A stretch of 64,000 nucleotides of DNA from Myxococcota bacterium (GTDB taxonomy: Bacteria > Myxococcota_A > Polyangia > Nannocystales > Nannocystaceae). Shown here piece by piece: positions 60,413-64,000 of this stretch (positions are counted from its first letter, which is position 1; every line of letters starts with the position of its first letter). Location of the stretch: positions 64,001 through 128,000 of the forward strand of contig JBCCHT010000015.1 in the NCBI GenBank assembly GCA_039028615.1. The letters are read 5' to 3'. The position numbers and the translations under genes were made by a program. A model generated the notes under the pieces. It had not been told where the DNA came from. It worked only from the letters and a program-made list of their open reading frames with translations, and did no database searches.

Positions 60413-61678
60413 ATGGTTCTTGCGACACGCACATGGAACCTGGCTCTCGTCGCTTGTCTAAGTCTCGCTTGCGGGTACGACGAGGGATTCGACCAGGACG
60501 ACGGGGCTGCTGGCACGACCGACGACGGTGGTGACGAAGGGGCCGACACGACGGGTGAAGACGGTGCCGACGACGGAGTCCCGGCGGGCTGCTCGGTGCC
60601 GGCGATGGCCTGCCCCGACGACCGACCGGAGCTCGGCGCGGCTGGTGAGTATCGGGTCGATGCATTCAGCACCGAGTGGACCTGGGACGATGAGTGCGAG
60701 GCGTCCGTCGGCACTCCGGTCTATGTCGAGGTCCCCGCCGATACGGTGAGCCTCAGCGCAGCGATCGACGCGGGGGCCACGGAGACCGCCTTCGGCTACG
60801 TCGGCAATGGTGACCGGGTGTTCGTGGACATGACCGCGGACGGCGTGACCTCGTTCTATCAGGCCCCCCTCAAGCACGGCCCCACCGCCGTCTCGACCTT
60901 CGTCCTCCCGAGCAGCGACGACACGTACCCCGAGGCGGGATGCCTGGCGTTGCTGCCGGTCGCGCTCGACGATCTCTCGGGCGAGACTAGCCAGGTCCAC
61001 CTGGTGTCGCGGCGCTACGACGGAGACGGGTCCCTGGGGGTCAACCTCGTGGTGGTCGATGGGGCTCAGATCGACCAGGCCGATCTCGATGCCGCGACGC
61101 AGGTCATGGTCGACCTGTACTCCAACAACGACGCGGCGGCGATTGGCGACGTCGTGCGGGTCGACATCACCACCGACGCCGGGCCCTTCATCGAGGCCGA
61201 AGGCGAGGACGTCGAGGCCTTGCGTGCCTCGATGGCGGGTGCTGACCACAACCGCATGAACCTGTTCTTCATCAGCGATTTCACCGATGAACCAGGGACG
61301 CTGGGCATCGCCGCGGGCATTCCCGGACCCAACGGAGTCCACGGGACGGTCGCATCGGGCGTGGTCATGGCTCTCGATGCTCACCTGGACGAAGGCGGCT
61401 CGCTCGACGCCACCTTGCTCGGCGAGACGATGGCCCACGAGATGGGGCACCAGATGGGGCTGCCCCACACCAGCGAGGCCGACGGCAGCGATCACGATCT
61501 GGCCGGCGACACCCCGCAGTGCACGATCGACATGGATGCCGACGGGGACGGGCAGCTGTCCGCCGAGGAGTGCCCGGATGGACTGAACGTCATGTTCTGG
61601 ACCGCGGGTGATCAGTCCCAGCAGGAAATGTCGAGCATCCAATCCGACATCATCTTCTTCAGCCCCGTCACTCTGTGA
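60413..61678 (+). CDS. Lipoprotein zinc metalloprotease (metzincin, M43/M10-like)
   Basis: AHEMGHQMGLPH, Met-turn NVMF, EF-hand-like DADGDGQLSAEE; SLAC lipobox. Confidence 0.85.
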   Translation: MVLATRTWNLALVACLSLACGYDEGFDQDDGAAGTTDDGGDEGADTTGEDGADDGVPAGCSVPAMACPDDRPELGAAGEYRVDAFSTEWTWDDECEASVGTPVYVEVPADTVSLSAAIDAGATETAFGYVGNGDRVFVDMTADGVTSFYQAPLKHGPTAVSTFVLPSSDDTYPEAGCLALLPVALDDLSGETSQVHLVSRRYDGDGSLGVNLVVVDGAQIDQADLDAATQVMVDLYSNNDAAAIGDVVRVDITTDAGPFIEAEGEDVEALRASMAGADHNRMNLFFISDFTDEPGTLGIAAGIPGPNGVHGTVASGVVMALDAHLDEGGSLDATLLGETMAHEMGHQMGLPHTSEADGSDHDLAGDTPQCTIDMDADGDGQLSAEECPDGLNVMFWTAGDQSQQEMSSIQSDIIFFSPVTL

Positions 61679-61689
61679 GGACCAGCTTC

Positions 61690-62334
61690 ATGCAACCACG
61701 CATCTTCATCATCGCTCTCGGTATGGGTCTGTGCCTCACCGGCTGCGAGAAACAAAACGCACCCCAGCCCCCCGAGGCGACCGCGCCGCGTACGTCGGAG
61801 GCGAGCCCGTCTCCCGACGCGAAGGCTCCGGCCGACGCCACCGTAGCGGACGCGCAGGCGGCCGCCGAAGAGATTCGGCCCCTGTTGCTGGCGCATCACC
61901 AAGACGACCTGCCGAGCCGCACCACCCTCGACGCCCACCCGGGTGCGCCCGAGGGCCTGCGCTGGCTGGCCAACAACGACGGCACGATGATCGTCAAGGT
62001 TCGCGCGCTCTTGCTGCTGCAGCTGTATCCCGACGAGTCGAGCGAGCAAGTGGTGCTCGCGCTGGCCAGCGACCCGGCGCAGCATCGCAAGCTGCGGGCT
62101 GCGGCCGTGACCGCGCTTTCCGGGTGGGACCTGAGCGAGCGGCAGGACCTCCGGGAGGTCGCACTCGCGGCGGTGCAGAGCACGGACGTATCCGTGGCCG
62201 TCGCGGGGGCACAGGCCCTGACCGACGTGACGCCCGCTCGCGTCGCTCTCCAAGCTCAGCTCGACGGCGGCGAGCTCCACCCCACGGTGGCCAAGGCCGT
62301 TCGCAAGTCACTCGGTACGACGGAGGTGAAATGA
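61690..62334 (+). CDS. HEAT-repeat-like lipoprotein
   Basis: LTGC lipobox; helical repeats VKVRALLLL, LRAAAVTAL, VAVAGAQAL. Confidence 0.7.
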   Translation: MQPRIFIIALGMGLCLTGCEKQNAPQPPEATAPRTSEASPSPDAKAPADATVADAQAAAEEIRPLLLAHHQDDLPSRTTLDAHPGAPEGLRWLANNDGTMIVKVRALLLLQLYPDESSEQVVLALASDPAQHRKLRAAAVTALSGWDLSERQDLREVALAAVQSTDVSVAVAGAQALTDVTPARVALQAQLDGGELHPTVAKAVRKSLGTTEVK

Positions 62335-63281
62335 TGTTCTCGGCAATCAAACCATGGCACGCCCTCGCGGCGAGTACTGCTCTGTTCGCAATCGGCTGCG
62401 ACTCCAAGGCCAAGGCCAAGGAGACGGCAAAGACCGAGGCCACCACGAAGAAGGTGGAGGCGAAGAAAACCGACGCCAAGAAGGGCGACGCCAAAGCAGC
62501 GGTCGCCGCCAAGACGGAGGATGCCAAGAAGAAGTCGCTCGTGGCCGCGGCGGTGCCCTCGGCCAATGCGAAAGCGGACGGTGGCAAGAAGAAGAAGGGG
62601 TTCCTGGGCGGCAACGGCGAGCCCTGCGACACCGAGCTCGAGTGGTACGACGACGAGCACCACGATGGGGATGCCAACTGGGACGACGCGGAACACTTCG
62701 GCTGGGGTGATTTCGACGAAGACGAGGAGTTCGACGACGAGGGCGAGGAGGAGTTCGACGACCACGAGGACGAAGAATTCGACGATCACGAGGAAGAGGA
62801 GTTCGACGACGAAGAAGAACAAGAGCCCGAGTCGGGCAAGAAGGCAGCCGCCGCGGGTGGAAAAATGCGCCAGCGGACCAAGGAGGAATCCGTCGACAAA
62901 GTCGCGCTGAGTGCCCCGGTGAAGCAATTCACCATCAAGTGCGTTCCGGGGGCCGACGCGGACTATCGCTCGAATCGCACTCGGGTCACGTTGAACCTTC
63001 AGGGCGGCGCGTTGGGCTTCGTTGCGACGCCCGTGCGGACCTTCTCCGGCTATGGCGGCGAGGGGGACCGGTGCGCGGACTATCGCAAGACGCTCACGTC
63101 GTCGCAGTACCTCAAGGGCACCATCACGAATCGCAAGGTCCGGTACTTCCGGCCGTGGGACGGCAAGTGCCACACCTGGGTGAACACCGAGGTCGGTCTC
63201 GACATCGATGACGTCGACTTCACGCTGTGGGGCGTGTCGCGGACCGACCCCGTCGACGCCGAGGACGACGACTGCCGCTAG
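62331..63281 (+). CDS. Lipoprotein with Lys/Ala-rich and acidic repeat tracts
   Basis: GGAGG RBS and ATGA overlap; AIGC lipobox; K/A-rich block, (FDDxExEE)n block, Cys-containing C-domain. Confidence 0.75.
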   Translation: MMFSAIKPWHALAASTALFAIGCDSKAKAKETAKTEATTKKVEAKKTDAKKGDAKAAVAAKTEDAKKKSLVAAAVPSANAKADGGKKKKGFLGGNGEPCDTELEWYDDEHHDGDANWDDAEHFGWGDFDEDEEFDDEGEEEFDDHEDEEFDDHEEEEFDDEEEQEPESGKKAAAAGGKMRQRTKEESVDKVALSAPVKQFTIKCVPGADADYRSNRTRVTLNLQGGALGFVATPVRTFSGYGGEGDRCADYRKTLTSSQYLKGTITNRKVRYFRPWDGKCHTWVNTEVGLDIDDVDFTLWGVSRTDPVDAEDDDCR

Positions 63282-63320
63282 CACTTCGACACACTCCACC
63301 ACCACAAGCGGGTCAATCCA

Positions 63321-64000
63321 TTGTCCTCCTCACGCACCGTGCTTCACCTCCTCGTTTTCATTCTCGTCGCCTGCACGCCGTGGTCGCTCGCGCAGGCATT
63401 CGGGCCCCCCGGTTCGGATGCCGCGATGGACGACGCGGGCGACGAGGAGGACCCCGACGACGGGGGCTTCGACGACCGTGACGACGAACCCGAAGACGGG
63501 TTCGATGATGAGCCCGACGACGGGTTCGATGGCGAGCCCGACGAGGGGCAGGAGGAGGGGCTGCCGGACGAGGGCTCGAGCGACGGTGACGACGTCGAGC
63601 CCGAGCCTGCGGGCGATGAGCCTCCGCCCGCGGACGACCCGCCCGGGCCCGCGGCGGATGGCTTCGCCTACCCACCCGAGGCGCTCGCGCTGCTTCCCGT
63701 CGAGGTCCTCGACGAGCTGCCTCGGGCCATCACCGCATTTTTGCGGCCGGCGGATTACCAGGCGCTCAAGGAGGCCTGCCCGCAGCCCGACCTCGCGGAC
63801 ACGATCGCGTGCCTCGAGACCCCCGAGGTCAGCGCGCTGCTGGATACGCTCAACACCCGGTCCGTGGTCGCGTCGATGTTGACCTACATGGATCAGGACC
63901 TGCCGAACCGGATGGCGCCCGAGCAGCTCGATGCGTTGGCGGCCGGCTGCGACAAAGAAGGCGGCACGTGGGCGGAGTGCGCCTTCACCAAGGGCCTCGA
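63321..64000 (+). CDS. Partial exported acidic protein, truncated by window end
   Basis: Open frame from TTG 63321 / GTG 63339 (VLHLLVFILVACTPW...DDGFDD...) with no stop before 64000; missing from the ORF track because it is incomplete. Confidence 0.7.
   Translation, partial: MSSSRTVLHLLVFILVACTPWSLAQAFGPPGSDAAMDDAGDEEDPDDGGFDDRDDEPEDGFDDEPDDGFDGEPDEGQEEGLPDEGSSDGDDVEPEPAGDEPPPADDPPGPAADGFAYPPEALALLPVEVLDELPRAITAFLRPADYQALKEACPQPDLADTIACLETPEVSALLDTLNTRSVVASMLTYMDQDLPNRMAPEQLDALAAGCDKEGGTWAECAFTKGL

Overview
A GC-rich bacterial window. The gene content points to a myxobacterium (Nannocystaceae-like; inferred from gene families, not tested): about 20 predicted lipoproteins, many with a lipobox followed by an acidic G/S/T/D linker, two TPR-bearing Ser/Thr receptor kinases, ECF sigma cassettes, fibro-slime, MopE-like repeat and DUF1552/DUF1592 genes. 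I support about 50 CDSs, mostly secreted or surface proteins, hydrolases and signalling proteins. I found no rRNA, tRNA, CRISPR array, transposase or integrase. The most notable structures are: (1) a 2.2-kb islet encoding a STAS/SEC14-like protein coupled to a class I terpene synthase, bounded by a perfect 70-bp direct repeat, with no recombinase in view; (2) an operon of an internally duplicated AlkB-like 2OG-Fe(II) dioxygenase and a NADAR hydrolase; (3) an orphan cassette of a TTR-like protein, a LysM/peptidoglycan-binding protein and a GH-A glycosidase lacking a signal peptide, resembling injection-system cargo; (4) two order-permuted copies of an ECF sigma / TPR anti-sigma / putative outer-membrane protein module; (5) a kinase and atypical enhancer-binding protein pair next to a 9-bp repeat array; (6) a PNGase F-like / degenerate fibro-slime fusion; (7) a recurring TANNNT-N6-8-ATG signature suggesting leaderless mRNAs. 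All product calls come from recognising motifs by eye, with no database search. Several start codons were trimmed from the supplied ORFs and are best estimates.
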